DNA of 64,000 nucleotides from Pseudomonadota bacterium. Its GTDB lineage: Bacteria > UBA10199 > 2-02-FULL-44-16 > DYJF01. Below the pieces are notes generated by a model that did not search any database, was not told the DNA's origin, and was given only the letters and a program-made list of their open reading frames with translations. The translations under genes and the position numbers were made by a program. Below are positions 38,432 through 48,170 of this stretch, in pieces (positions within the stretch are counted from its first letter, which is position 1; every line of letters starts with the position of its first letter). The stretch is taken from the NCBI GenBank assembly GCA_043823065.1, contig JBDRBB010000001.1, forward strand, positions 32,001-96,000. Reading direction: 5' to 3'.

Positions 38432-39421
38432 ATGTTTTCAGCAGGCGAATTTAATTTAACATTAGGTCAACTTAGAAGCAGATGTGTAGAAGATAATCGA
38501 GAAGCATGTGAGAATGAAGTATTTTATCAGTTAGCTCTTGCAGCACGTGCTTATTGTGAAGAAGATGACCCAAATCCACAAATGTGCGCTAATCAAAGAC
38601 AACCTCGATTTCCTGACTCTGCAGATCAATTACCAGAAGGCTTTAACTATCCCCGTGAAAGTTTTACAGCCTTACTAGCTGGTCATGCTCCTGAGCGTTC
38701 TCCTGCAGCTCCAACTCCTGAACCAGAACCCCCAAATCCTCAACCAGCTTCTCCTCAAACAAGTCCTCAACCAGCTCCTCAAACTCCAAATAGCCGACCA
38801 GTGGGTTTAGGTGGTGTAGCTGAACTTTTTCTAGCCATTCCTATGCAAGTAATTGGCGAACATGAACATCGCACCAATACCTTGCCTTTTGGTATTCGCG
38901 GCGGAGTTCAATATCGCTTCCAAAATGGTTTTTTTCTGGAAGGCATTGTCAGTCTAACAGATTATTATGCCCTGCAAGATACCACAGTTGAAGGTGGCAG
39001 AACTCGTTCAGCCAGCATGGGCGCCTTTAGCTTTGGCGCTGGTTTAGGCTATGGTATTAGATTTAATGATCGTTGGATGGGAGATCTTTCTTTAGATGTT
39101 TTATACAGCTATATTTGGACAGGCGGAGATGAAGGAGAAGGTGTTTTAACTGATAATGGTGTCCAAGATCTAGACTATTCTTCAGCCAGTATTCAAGCTG
39201 GTTTTAGAGCATCAGTAAGAGTATCTGATATGTTAAGATTTGGTTTTGGTTTATTGGCCAACATAAATGTTATTGCTGAAGAAAGACCAGGCATTGAAAA
39301 TGAAATGTTTCAAATGGGCGCACCATGGTGGCATATAGGTTTGACCGCAGGCGTGGTAATTGGCCGTCAAGCGGAAGTGGCCCAGGAAGAGGGGAACCAG
39401 GATGCAACAGATGCTGAATAA
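38432..39421 (+). CDS. Lysine-free hypothetical protein with C-terminal beta-barrel-like domain; paralog of 36301..38229
   Basis: 329 aa with no K; MFSAGE vs MLSTGE; GVQDLDY vs GVQEISY; EERPGIE vs EELPGIE. Confidence 0.8.
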   Translation: MFSAGEFNLTLGQLRSRCVEDNREACENEVFYQLALAARAYCEEDDPNPQMCANQRQPRFPDSADQLPEGFNYPRESFTALLAGHAPERSPAAPTPEPEPPNPQPASPQTSPQPAPQTPNSRPVGLGGVAELFLAIPMQVIGEHEHRTNTLPFGIRGGVQYRFQNGFFLEGIVSLTDYYALQDTTVEGGRTRSASMGAFSFGAGLGYGIRFNDRWMGDLSLDVLYSYIWTGGDEGEGVLTDNGVQDLDYSSASIQAGFRASVRVSDMLRFGFGLLANINVIAEERPGIENEMFQMGAPWWHIGLTAGVVIGRQAEVAQEEGNQDATDAE

Positions 39422-39460
39422 TATGTTTTTTAATAGGGGGAGACTTTTTGGGAGGACCCA

Positions 39461-42400
39461 ATGAAACTCAATAGATTAATTGTTAAAACTTTGCTGCTCA
39501 TGATTTTGGTTGCTGGTTTAAGTATTCCAGCCCAATCCATGGCTAAGGATTTGGATGAATATACAGATAATCCAAGATATCCTTATCATCCCATGGATAT
39601 TAATGAGTGCACAGTAACTAACCGTCTCTGGGATGACTGGACCTATAACCGTGATGATTTAACCATGGTTGTGGCCTTGCATTATGCAAGTCCTGATATA
39701 AATGCTGGTGACTTATGTAAGAAAACTATTTATCTGCAGCCAGAAGGTGGCAGTGTTAGTGTGAGAGGTCCTATTGTTATTACGCGAGGTGGTGGTAGTG
39801 ACGTGGGTGATAGCTTTACCATCAAGGGTGATATGAACGGAGAAGATGGCCAATCGGACCGCGTTATATTAGATGCAGCAAGGTTTGATATGAATCATTC
39901 TCAAACTGAAAGCTGGTTTGGTGCAGAACCTGCTGAAAATTGTTTTATTACTATTAAAGAAGGAGTACAGCACGTAACTTTAGAAAATATAGAAATTACT
40001 AACCTTCGTAATTCAGATATTAAACCTATTTGTGTTCAAGGTAATAATGTAACAATAAAAAATGTAGTTGTTAATACTCCAGGCGATGGCATTGTGTTTG
40101 ATGGTGCTAGTTCAGGTAGTAGAATTAAGGCCTCTTCTGGTATTATTGGCGGTAATGGTTATGGCATCGTTTTTAATAGTCCAGCAAATTCATTTTCTAG
40201 CGCAGTGTTGGAAGCTGCTGCAGATGGTGCAGGCAATTGGTGGAGACCTAGTGCAGCTGATGCATACGGTTTAGGAATTCCGCCAGATAATTATGAAACC
40301 TTTACTATTCAAAAAGGTGACGCTGATAAGTTTTTCAAAAATGATAATTCCAATATTCAAATTGTTATTGATCAATTAGAAAGAACAACTCAAGATCCAG
40401 TAACTGGTGCCGATAAAGTATTAATGATGATCAGAGGTAGAATTGTAGAAGGTGATCCTGATACAGTTACAGAATGTGCGGCTACTAATAAAGCTTGCTG
40501 CTTACCTACCACTGGTCTTATTCCGCGAATTCAGATCTATGTTGGTGGTGAAACTTCTGAAGCAGGATTTTATGGTTATATTGCTCCATCTAGTTCGTCC
40601 AATCAAAATGCGGTTGGCGTGGGAAATTTAGCTAGCCAGTATAAGGGACAAATTTATGCCTATCTGGATAAAGCCAGTGATGCTCACTTAGGAAAAATCT
40701 TGTTAATCCCCGAAGGTGAAGACGGTAATGTAGGAAGACCAAAAATTCTAGATCTCACTCCTGGTCAAATTGATTGTACAGATGCTGAAGGTAATCCAGT
40801 AGGTAGCAGTGTAACTCCAGGTGGAGGTTATACCCCAGGCGGCGGTTCTGCTAGTGGTGCTTCAGGCTTTATCAGCCAGGCTCATTGTCAACGTTATAGA
40901 GGTTTGACCAGAGAAGGTCAAATTGGAGGTGCACCCACTCCTCCTGGCCAAGACAGTGACGGCGATACTTTAGATGATGATTTTGAAGATGCTAATTTAA
41001 ACTGCGTTTGCGAAAGAAATCTTGGTGAAACTTGCTGGGACGACCCAGACAGTGATAATGACGGTATCATGGATGGTGCTGGTCAAGAGCAAGCTTGTCG
41101 CGATATCACAGGTAAATTGATTCGTTGCGATAAAGTAGATGATACAACAGGTGAAAGTCTTGTTGATTCACGCTATAACTATGATGCAGATCGTGACGGC
41201 GTAGCTAATGCCCTAGATACAGATAGTGACAATGACGGCCGTCCAGATAACGTGGAAGATAGATTATTAATTTACGAAGATATCCTAGAAACCTTGCAAG
41301 AATATAAAGGTGGTATCATGTACCGAATTGGTACTTTGTTTGATGCCAGACCAATAACTTACAATGGTGAAATCCAAAGATGTGATTTGGGTAATGATAA
41401 GAGCAAAGGCGTACGCTATTTCTGGTATAGAATGAAATATTCTGCTGATGGTTACACTCTCTTGGCTCCACCAGAAGAATTAGGCGCTAGTATGCCGGAA
41501 ACTGGTAATCCTGAAGATCCAGCTTGGCAAGGTTATGTGCTGGAAATGGTTCAATGTAGGCATCAAGCCCTAACCGGCAGACACAATTTTGATGGTGATT
41601 ATACTACAGACGCTTTAGAAACCAATTTTGTAAGCTCAGATACAGATCGCGATGGCTATTGCGATGGCGACAACAATCCGGCAATGCCCACTTATGCTGA
41701 TCCAGCAATATTTGCAGCTCATGAAGATGGTTGCGCAGGCACGGCTTTAGATCTTTGCCCAACTATCACTGATCGTGAAAATCGTTGTGCAGAGTTTCCT
41801 TGTGAAGCAGGAACAATGCTCTACACTGTTGATCCACGCTTTACTAATGTGAATGAAGAAAATGTGCCCCATAGCTTAAAGAAGGTTACAGGCTATAGTG
41901 AATATCTCTTACTTTATGTAGAAGTTGATGGTGAAGGCAATGCCATTGTTGGTGATAATGGTAAGCCTCAAATGGCTTCTTGGCAGGAAATTCTAGCCAG
42001 AGCTCCAATTGATACTGATAGCGATGGTTTGCCAGATTTTGTAGAAGCCCCCAATAGTATCTGCGGCTTGGATCGTCAAACTGGCTTGTCACCTGTAAAT
42101 AATGATTCTGATGGTGACGGAAAGCTGGATAATGCAGATGTTTGCCCAGCTATTGCTGAAAGTTATGATGGAGAACATGTGTTTGCTGATACTAGAAATG
42201 AAAATGATTACTGCGGTATTCAATATAAGCGGGTCTATGATAAATCACCAGCCCTGGCCTTGTTCCTAGATCGCGATGGCGATGGTCTGCGCGATGGTGA
42301 AGAAGACAAGAACTTGGATGGTGAATGGAATAACACTCCAGGCGGCATGGCTGGTATTGGTGTGGCAGAATCTCATGTGCTAAAAGTAGATACTGATAGT

Positions 42401-43642
42401 GATGGTATAGATGACAGGAGCGAAGTGCATGGTTGGGGTACTGTTCCTGAAGGCACAGTGGTTACTAACCCAGCTGATGATGACACAGATGAAGACGGTT
42501 TGCTAGATGGTTTGGAAGATCGAGATGGTATCCCTGGTATTAGTTTTGGCGTAATTCGTTTGGCTGATGAAGGTTGTAGCCAGGCTATGACTCGCGACAC
42601 CAATCCTATGGATCCAGATTCAGATGGTGATGGCATTCAAGATGGCACTGAAGTTGATGGTAACCGCACAGTTGGTCAAGAATTTATCAATGCTATACTG
42701 GCTGACATTAATGCTGGTAACTGGCCTTTTGACTTGATCTCTGATCCCACCAATCCAGATACAGATGGCGATGGCAAGAGCGACTTAGAAGAATATGGTG
42801 AAAACGGTAAGATCGACTACAACGAGTCCAACCCATGTATGAGTGATTCTGATGGTGATGCTGTGCCAGATGATATTGATCTTTGCCCAACCAACCCCAA
42901 TGGTGCGGACGCAGCTACTTGCGGTTCAATGTCTGCAACTGGTGTAGATAGTGACAACGATGGTTTGCCAGATAGAATTGAAGAAATGATCGGCACCAAT
43001 CCTCGCGAACGCGACACAGATGCTGATGGTATTCCAGATGGCGAAGAGAACTTTATCGCTGATGATGTGATTGATCGCTATGCTGGCGAAACTGATCCTA
43101 ATGCTTGGTCTTCAGATGAAGATGGTTTATCTGACAGAGCTGAGCAAGAATTAGGCACTGATCCCTGGCACTTTGATACTGACGGCGATTGTATCCCAGA
43201 CGGCCCAATGCAAATCACTGACCGGGTGACTGGTGAAATCATCCAGAGCTTGGGTGAAGACAAGAATGGTAACGGTCGCGTGGATGCTGATGAAACCAGC
43301 CCAACTATGTTGGATACCGACGGCGATGGTCTGCCAGATGGTTACTACATGGGCTTCTACGAAGATGGTAACTGTAATGGTCAGGTTGATGTGGATGCAC
43401 GCGGATTTGCCATGGAAACTAGCCCAATCAATCCAGATACAGATGGCGACGGTATGCTGGATAAAGAAGAAATGGCTCCCAACGGATACATGGAACCAGG
43501 TCGCGCTGAAAATGCTTTGGTTGCCTACCAAGGATGTTCAATGTTGGCAACAGGAGCTGGTCAGCTGCCAACTGGAATCAGCTTGTTGATCGGTATGGTA
43601 ATGTTGGTTGGTATGAGAATTAATCGTAGGAGAAGATCTTAG
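39461..43642 (+). CDS. Large surface protein with Ca-binding DxDxDG (thrombospondin type 3-like) repeats and MYXO-CTERM-like anchor
   Basis: Signal peptide ending SMA; beta-helix-like N region; many D(S/T)DGDG repeats; ends GCS...hydrophobic...RRRRS. Confidence 0.85.
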   Translation: MKLNRLIVKTLLLMILVAGLSIPAQSMAKDLDEYTDNPRYPYHPMDINECTVTNRLWDDWTYNRDDLTMVVALHYASPDINAGDLCKKTIYLQPEGGSVSVRGPIVITRGGGSDVGDSFTIKGDMNGEDGQSDRVILDAARFDMNHSQTESWFGAEPAENCFITIKEGVQHVTLENIEITNLRNSDIKPICVQGNNVTIKNVVVNTPGDGIVFDGASSGSRIKASSGIIGGNGYGIVFNSPANSFSSAVLEAAADGAGNWWRPSAADAYGLGIPPDNYETFTIQKGDADKFFKNDNSNIQIVIDQLERTTQDPVTGADKVLMMIRGRIVEGDPDTVTECAATNKACCLPTTGLIPRIQIYVGGETSEAGFYGYIAPSSSSNQNAVGVGNLASQYKGQIYAYLDKASDAHLGKILLIPEGEDGNVGRPKILDLTPGQIDCTDAEGNPVGSSVTPGGGYTPGGGSASGASGFISQAHCQRYRGLTREGQIGGAPTPPGQDSDGDTLDDDFEDANLNCVCERNLGETCWDDPDSDNDGIMDGAGQEQACRDITGKLIRCDKVDDTTGESLVDSRYNYDADRDGVANALDTDSDNDGRPDNVEDRLLIYEDILETLQEYKGGIMYRIGTLFDARPITYNGEIQRCDLGNDKSKGVRYFWYRMKYSADGYTLLAPPEELGASMPETGNPEDPAWQGYVLEMVQCRHQALTGRHNFDGDYTTDALETNFVSSDTDRDGYCDGDNNPAMPTYADPAIFAAHEDGCAGTALDLCPTITDRENRCAEFPCEAGTMLYTVDPRFTNVNEENVPHSLKKVTGYSEYLLLYVEVDGEGNAIVGDNGKPQMASWQEILARAPIDTDSDGLPDFVEAPNSICGLDRQTGLSPVNNDSDGDGKLDNADVCPAIAESYDGEHVFADTRNENDYCGIQYKRVYDKSPALALFLDRDGDGLRDGEEDKNLDGEWNNTPGGMAGIGVAESHVLKVDTDSDGIDDRSEVHGWGTVPEGTVVTNPADDDTDEDGLLDGLEDRDGIPGISFGVIRLADEGCSQAMTRDTNPMDPDSDGDGIQDGTEVDGNRTVGQEFINAILADINAGNWPFDLISDPTNPDTDGDGKSDLEEYGENGKIDYNESNPCMSDSDGDAVPDDIDLCPTNPNGADAATCGSMSATGVDSDNDGLPDRIEEMIGTNPRERDTDADGIPDGEENFIADDVIDRYAGETDPNAWSSDEDGLSDRAEQELGTDPWHFDTDGDCIPDGPMQITDRVTGEIIQSLGEDKNGNGRVDADETSPTMLDTDGDGLPDGYYMGFYEDGNCNGQVDVDARGFAMETSPINPDTDGDGMLDKEEMAPNGYMEPGRAENALVAYQGCSMLATGAGQLPTGISLLIGMVMLVGMRINRRRRS

Positions 43643-43644
43643 TT

Positions 43645-43706
43645 TGTTCTCGACTGCGCTCGAACAGTAAAAGATATTCTTCGAGCAAGTGAAGCGAGTC
43701 GAGAAG
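43645..43706. repeat. Family B palindromic element (gttctcgac..ctcgaac / ttcttcgagc..gtcgagaag)
   Basis: Recurs at 49678 and 61166. Confidence 0.85.
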
Positions 43707-43726
43707 CTCAATTAGACTCCCCCAGA

Positions 43727-43765
43727 GGCCCCGGGTTTCGCGTTATGCGTCCCGGGGTTTTTTTT
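43727..43765 (+). terminator. Intrinsic terminator
   Basis: ccccggg...cccgggg stem followed by T7, downstream of the 1393-aa gene. Confidence 0.7.
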
Positions 43766-43769
43766 AATC

Positions 43770-43943
43770 AAATCCTAAATCCTAACCTGCATTTCTCACC
43801 AAAATGCAGTAATTTCTAAGCACTAAATTCTAAATACTAAACAAATTCCAATTTCTAATGACCAAAATTCAAAACAGTTTGTTTTGAACATTGGAAAATT
43901 TGAGTTTTGGATTTGTTTAGAGTTTAGATATTAGATATTTAAG
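43770..43943. repeat. Family F AT-rich inverted repeat with ~7-nt periodic arms
   Basis: ctaaattctaaatactaaacaaattcc ... ggatttgtttagagtttagatattagatattt; resembles 26214-26366. Confidence 0.85.
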
Positions 43944-43945
43944 TG

Positions 43946-44704
43946 TTACTGAACTATCCTCTTTATTGCTTCCTGTTCCCTCTGCTTATACTTCATCTTT
44001 TGTATAGCATCCTGATAGGAAAGGGCAGTTGGGTCGGTTGGGTTAAAAGCCAAAATTTGTTGGGCATATTTTGAGCTTAGATCAAGCTGGCCTTGCTCGA
44101 AATACAAGGTCATGAGTTCGGTCCAAATGGTTTGCTGGGCAGTAGGTATATCTTTAGGTATATTGGTTTTTAAGGCTTTTTCATAATATTCAATTGCTTG
44201 ACCATTATTTTTTTTGCCTCGATAAATTTGGGCGCTCATAAACAGCAGCATAAAGCTGTCTGGCTCATTTTTTAGGGCTAATTCCAACTCTGGCAGGGCC
44301 TGGTCAAATTGATCAGATTGATAATAAACCCTGGCTAAGTGCTCATGAATCTTTTTGGTTTGGCTGTAATCAGGATATTGTTTCTCAAGTTTTTGGGTTG
44401 CTAACTTAAAAAATTTAATAGCCTGATTGTAATCCTTATTTAATTCAGAATTCAAACCCAGCTTGAATAAAACCAGGCCATCTCGGCAGCCTTTATCATA
44501 AGCTTTTTGCAGAAAAATAGTGCTAGTTTCCAAGTCGTTAGCATCAAATGCCTCAAATCCTGCTTTAACTATGCTATCCCACTTTTCAGCCTTGTGTCCC
44601 TGGTTTTGATAGAGATCAAAATCCGCAGCCAGAGCTTGAGGCGCCAAAAAAAGAGTGATCGTGAAGAAAATAATGAATAATAATTTATAAAAAATGGTTT
44701 GCAT
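43946..44704 (-). CDS. Exported tetratricopeptide-repeat protein
   Basis: Signal peptide ending ALA; repeated TPR helices (HLARVYYQ...A..L..AL...P). Confidence 0.85.
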   Translation of the reverse strand: MQTIFYKLLFIIFFTITLFLAPQALAADFDLYQNQGHKAEKWDSIVKAGFEAFDANDLETSTIFLQKAYDKGCRDGLVLFKLGLNSELNKDYNQAIKFFKLATQKLEKQYPDYSQTKKIHEHLARVYYQSDQFDQALPELELALKNEPDSFMLLFMSAQIYRGKKNNGQAIEYYEKALKTNIPKDIPTAQQTIWTELMTLYFEQGQLDLSSKYAQQILAFNPTDPTALSYQDAIQKMKYKQREQEAIKRIVQ

Positions 44705-44720
44705 GTGTTCTCCTTTGAGA

Positions 44721-44741
44721 GTCCTTCGACAAGCTCAGGAC
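44721..44741. repeat. Family A single unit
   Basis: gtccttcgacaagctcaggac. Confidence 0.8.
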
Positions 44742-44877
44742 AGGCGCACCTTACTACCTGATATTCCTTGCATAATATAATATCTCATGTTAATGGACAA
44801 TCCATTTTTAGCGCTTCCTGTAGGGAAATTGGTCCCTATGTGAAGGTAGCAAGCGTATTAATGATCATGTACCTTTT

Positions 44878-44913
44878 CCCTCTCCCTTGAGGGGAGAGGG
44901 CTGGGTGAGGGTG
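44878..44913 (+). repeat. Family E palindromic element in the rpsB leader
   Basis: ccctctccc-ttgag-gggagaggg-ctgggtgagggtg; only one copy in this window. Confidence 0.6.
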
Positions 44914-44952
44914 ATCAGACAACACGCTGGAAAACATTTTCTAGGAGGAAAT

Positions 44953-45834
44953 ATGCCGTTCACTTCAGATGTAAAACAAATGCTCGAAGCAGGGGTTCAC
45001 TTTGGGCATCAGATTCGCAAATGGAACCCCAAAATGCGACCCTATATCTATACCCAACGTGATGGAGTGCATATCATTGATCTGGCTCAAACCGCCAAAC
45101 AAGCTGAAGCAGCTTATAATTTTATTGCTGATACAGTGGCTCAGGGAAATTCAGTCCTACTAGTAGGTACAAAAAAACAGGCAGTTAATGTCATCAAAAA
45201 CGAAGCAGAGCGAGCAGGACAATTTTACGTCTGTAATCGTTGGTTAGGTGGCATGCTCACCAATTTCAAGACCATTAAAGCTTCAATTGATAAATTGGAT
45301 AATTTTACTCAAAAAAAGGAAAAGGGTGAATTAGACAAACTTACTAAAAAAGAAGCGCTGCAAATTGAACGCCAAATTGCCAAGTTGGAAAACGTTTTGG
45401 GTGGTATCAAAAAAATGACCGGTGTGCCAGGCGCTGTTTTTATTGTTGATCCTACTGAAGAAAAAATCGCGCTTTTGGAAGCTAAAAAACTGGGTATTCC
45501 TGTAGTGGCCTTAGCAGATACCAATGCTGATCCAGATGGCATTGATTATATTATCGTGGGTAATGACGATGCTATTCGCTCTGTTGAATATTTTACCAAC
45601 ATGATAGCCCAAGCTTGTGAAGAAGGAGCTCGGCGCAGAGAAACATCACTTCGTGAGGAAGCCCAGCGCCAAACTGAAGCTAAAGCCAGAGTTGAGAAGA
45701 AACCAGTTAAGGACCAAGAGAAAAAATTGGGAACAAAAGGTAGAGCTTACATTGGCAAAAAAGAACAAGACGAAGCAAGCAAAGAAGAAGTTGAAGCATT
45801 TGCTAAGGTTAAAATAGAGGATGAAAAGAAATAA
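44953..45834 (+). CDS. rpsB: 30S ribosomal protein S2 with charged C-terminal extension
   Basis: LEAGVHFGH, RWLGGMLTN, DTNADPD, GNDDAIRS; SD aggagg before ATG 44953. Confidence 0.98.
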   Translation: MPFTSDVKQMLEAGVHFGHQIRKWNPKMRPYIYTQRDGVHIIDLAQTAKQAEAAYNFIADTVAQGNSVLLVGTKKQAVNVIKNEAERAGQFYVCNRWLGGMLTNFKTIKASIDKLDNFTQKKEKGELDKLTKKEALQIERQIAKLENVLGGIKKMTGVPGAVFIVDPTEEKIALLEAKKLGIPVVALADTNADPDGIDYIIVGNDDAIRSVEYFTNMIAQACEEGARRRETSLREEAQRQTEAKARVEKKPVKDQEKKLGTKGRAYIGKKEQDEASKEEVEAFAKVKIEDEKK

Positions 45835-45837
45835 GCA

Positions 45838-45927
45838 CCCTTCGACTAAGCTCAGGGCGAGCGGGTATTAAATAATCCGTTCATGCTGAGCTGAATGCAT
45901 CCGTTCATGCTGAGCTTGTCGAAGCAT
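45838..45927. repeat. Family A element with internal duplication
   Basis: cccttcgactaagctcaggg ... (atccgttcatgctgagct)x2 ... gtcgaagcat. Confidence 0.88.
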
Positions 45928-45951
45928 AAATAATAATAAGGAGAATTAATC

Positions 45952-46824
45952 ATGACTATTTCTGCTGAACAAGTAAAAGAACTTCGCGAAAAAACTGGCG
46001 CTGGCATGATGGATTGTAAAAAAGCGCTGGCTGAAGCTAAAGGAGATATTACCCAAGCTAATGAAATTTTGCGCAAAAAAGGCATTGCTGTAGCTGCCAA
46101 GAAATCAGCCAGAGTGGCTGCAGATGGCACCATTGGTCATTATTACAAAGACGATGGAACTTTAGGTATTTTGGTAGAAGTGAATTGCGAAACAGATTTT
46201 GTGACCAAAACCGAAGATTTTCAAAATTATGTTGCTACAGCCACTAACCTGATTAAAGAAAAAGCGCCGCAAGATATTGATGCGTATTTGTCGTTGGATA
46301 AAAATGGAACTTCCATCAAAGATTTGGAAACTCAGTTAGTAGCCAAGATTGGCGAGAAATTAGGCACTAGACGTTTTGCCAGATGGGAAGTGAATGGTAA
46401 TAAAAACAAAATCGCTCAATATATTCATGCAGGAAATAAAATTGGTGTAATGGTGGAATTTACTGATCCTGCAGGTAAGTTGGATAATAATAAGGCCAGA
46501 GAAGTGGCTATGCATGTTGCTGCAATGCATCCCCAATACGTTACTAAAGATGACGTTCCTGAATCTGTAATTGCCAAGGAAAAAGAGATTTTTTTAAGCC
46601 AAATGGCTGATCAAAAAAAGCCGCCAGAAATCTTGGAAAAGATTGCTACAGGCAAGCTTGGTAAATATTTTTCCGAAGTTTGTTTGGATAACCAGGTTTT
46701 TGTTTGTGATCCAGAGGGCAAAAACACAGTAGCCAAAGCTCTCCAAACAATTGACGCTGGTATTAAAGTAAACCGCTTTATACGTATCCAGGTTGGAGAG
46801 GGAATAGAAAAGCGTAAAGATTAG
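45952..46824 (+). CDS. tsf: Elongation factor Ts
   Basis: LREKTGAGMMDCKKAL, EVNCETDFV. Confidence 0.98.
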   Translation: MTISAEQVKELREKTGAGMMDCKKALAEAKGDITQANEILRKKGIAVAAKKSARVAADGTIGHYYKDDGTLGILVEVNCETDFVTKTEDFQNYVATATNLIKEKAPQDIDAYLSLDKNGTSIKDLETQLVAKIGEKLGTRRFARWEVNGNKNKIAQYIHAGNKIGVMVEFTDPAGKLDNNKAREVAMHVAAMHPQYVTKDDVPESVIAKEKEIFLSQMADQKKPPEILEKIATGKLGKYFSEVCLDNQVFVCDPEGKNTVAKALQTIDAGIKVNRFIRIQVGEGIEKRKD

Positions 46825-46829
46825 TATTT

Positions 46830-46888
46830 CCGTTCATCCTGAGCCTGTCGAAGGATGAGATGTGGTTCGACAAGCTCACCACGAACGG
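46830..46888. repeat. Family A element
   Basis: ccgttcatcctgagcctgtcgaaggatg...gtggttcgacaagctcaccacgaacgg. Confidence 0.88.
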
Positions 46889-46900
46889 TGTACAAATGAT

Positions 46901-47632
46901 ATGTCTAAGCCAAAGTATAAAAAAATATTGCTTAAACTTTCTGGGGAAGCTCTTTTGCCAGAAGGCTCTAAATATGGCATCAGCGTGGAACATGCCAAAT
47001 GGCTGGTGGAGGAAATTAAAGAAGTTGGCCAAAAAGGTGTTTCTATTGCTGTGGTTATTGGTGGCGGGAATATTTTTCGCGGCCTGACTGCTGAAAACAC
47101 TGGCATGAATCGCGTGCGGGCAGATTCCATGGGCATGCTAGCCACAGTGATTAATGGTCTTGCGCTTTTGGAAGTGTTTGAACGTTTAGGCGTTACTGCC
47201 AGTTTGCTTTCAGCCAAAGAAGTTCAAGGCACTGCTGATCTTTATAATCCAGGTTTGGCTAGAGAGTTATGGAATAAGAACCATGTCTTAATTTTAACTG
47301 GGGGGACTGGAAATCCATATTTTTCTACAGATACTGCAGCTTCTTTGCGCGCTGCAGAAATTCAAGCTGAAGTAGTTTTCAAAGGCACCAAGGTGAATGG
47401 CGTGTTTGATAGCGATCCAGTCACCAACCCCAATGCCAAGCGTTTTGAATTTTTAACGTTTGATGAGGTTTTGTCACGCAAATTAAAGGTAATGGATTCA
47501 ACTTCCATTTCCATGTGTCGCGACAACAACATTCCCATTGTGGTCTTCAATATTTTTGAAAAAGGCAGTTTATTGAAGGCAGTAATGGGCGAAAACATAG
47601 GGACGGTGGTTTATGATAAACAAAGTACGTGA
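46901..47632 (+). CDS. pyrH: UMP kinase
   Basis: LLKLSGEAL, GGGNIFRG, GNPYFSTD; start moved to MSKPKY. Confidence 0.97.
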   Translation: MSKPKYKKILLKLSGEALLPEGSKYGISVEHAKWLVEEIKEVGQKGVSIAVVIGGGNIFRGLTAENTGMNRVRADSMGMLATVINGLALLEVFERLGVTASLLSAKEVQGTADLYNPGLARELWNKNHVLILTGGTGNPYFSTDTAASLRAAEIQAEVVFKGTKVNGVFDSDPVTNPNAKRFEFLTFDEVLSRKLKVMDSTSISMCRDNNIPIVVFNIFEKGSLLKAVMGENIGTVVYDKQST

Positions 47633-48170
47633 AGAAACCAAGAAGCACATGGAAAAGCCACTTGAACTTTTCCGCCATGAATTATCCAAGCTTAGAACCG
47701 GCCGGGCCAGCACTTCTATTTTAGATGATATTCGAGTTGAATATTATGGCACGCCAACTCCTTTAAACCAGGTTGCCACTTTATCAGTGCCAGATCCCAG
47801 GACCATTGCTATTCAACCTTGGGATACATCCGTGCTTGGTGAAATTGAAAGGGCAATTTTAAAATCTGATTTAGGTTTGAATCCAGTTAATGATGGTCGT
47901 TTGGTCCGTTTGCCAATTCCACCTTTAAATGAAGAGCGACGCAAAGAATTAGTAAAATTAATTAAAAAATATGGTGAAGAGTGTAAAATTTCTGTGCGTA
48001 ATGTTCGTCGCGATTCAATGAAGAAATTGGAAAAAATGGAAGGCACCAGCGAAATCACAGAAGACCAATTAAAAAAGGGTGAGGCTGAAATCCAAAAACT
48101 TACCGATGATTTTATCAAGCTGGTTGATGAAACTGCTGCGCACAAGGAAAAGGATATGATGGAAGTCTAA
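47613..48170 (+). CDS. frr: Ribosome recycling factor
   Basis: LRTGRA, YYGTPTPLNQVA, PPLNEERRKEL. Confidence 0.98.
   Translation: MINKVREETKKHMEKPLELFRHELSKLRTGRASTSILDDIRVEYYGTPTPLNQVATLSVPDPRTIAIQPWDTSVLGEIERAILKSDLGLNPVNDGRLVRLPIPPLNEERRKELVKLIKKYGEECKISVRNVRRDSMKKLEKMEGTSEITEDQLKKGEAEIQKLTDDFIKLVDETAAHKEKDMMEV

Noticed and set aside
40409..40417. Other CCGATAA matches (about 10270, 35688, 40410, 63805)
   Set aside because: They lie inside coding sequences and I saw no convincing -35 element
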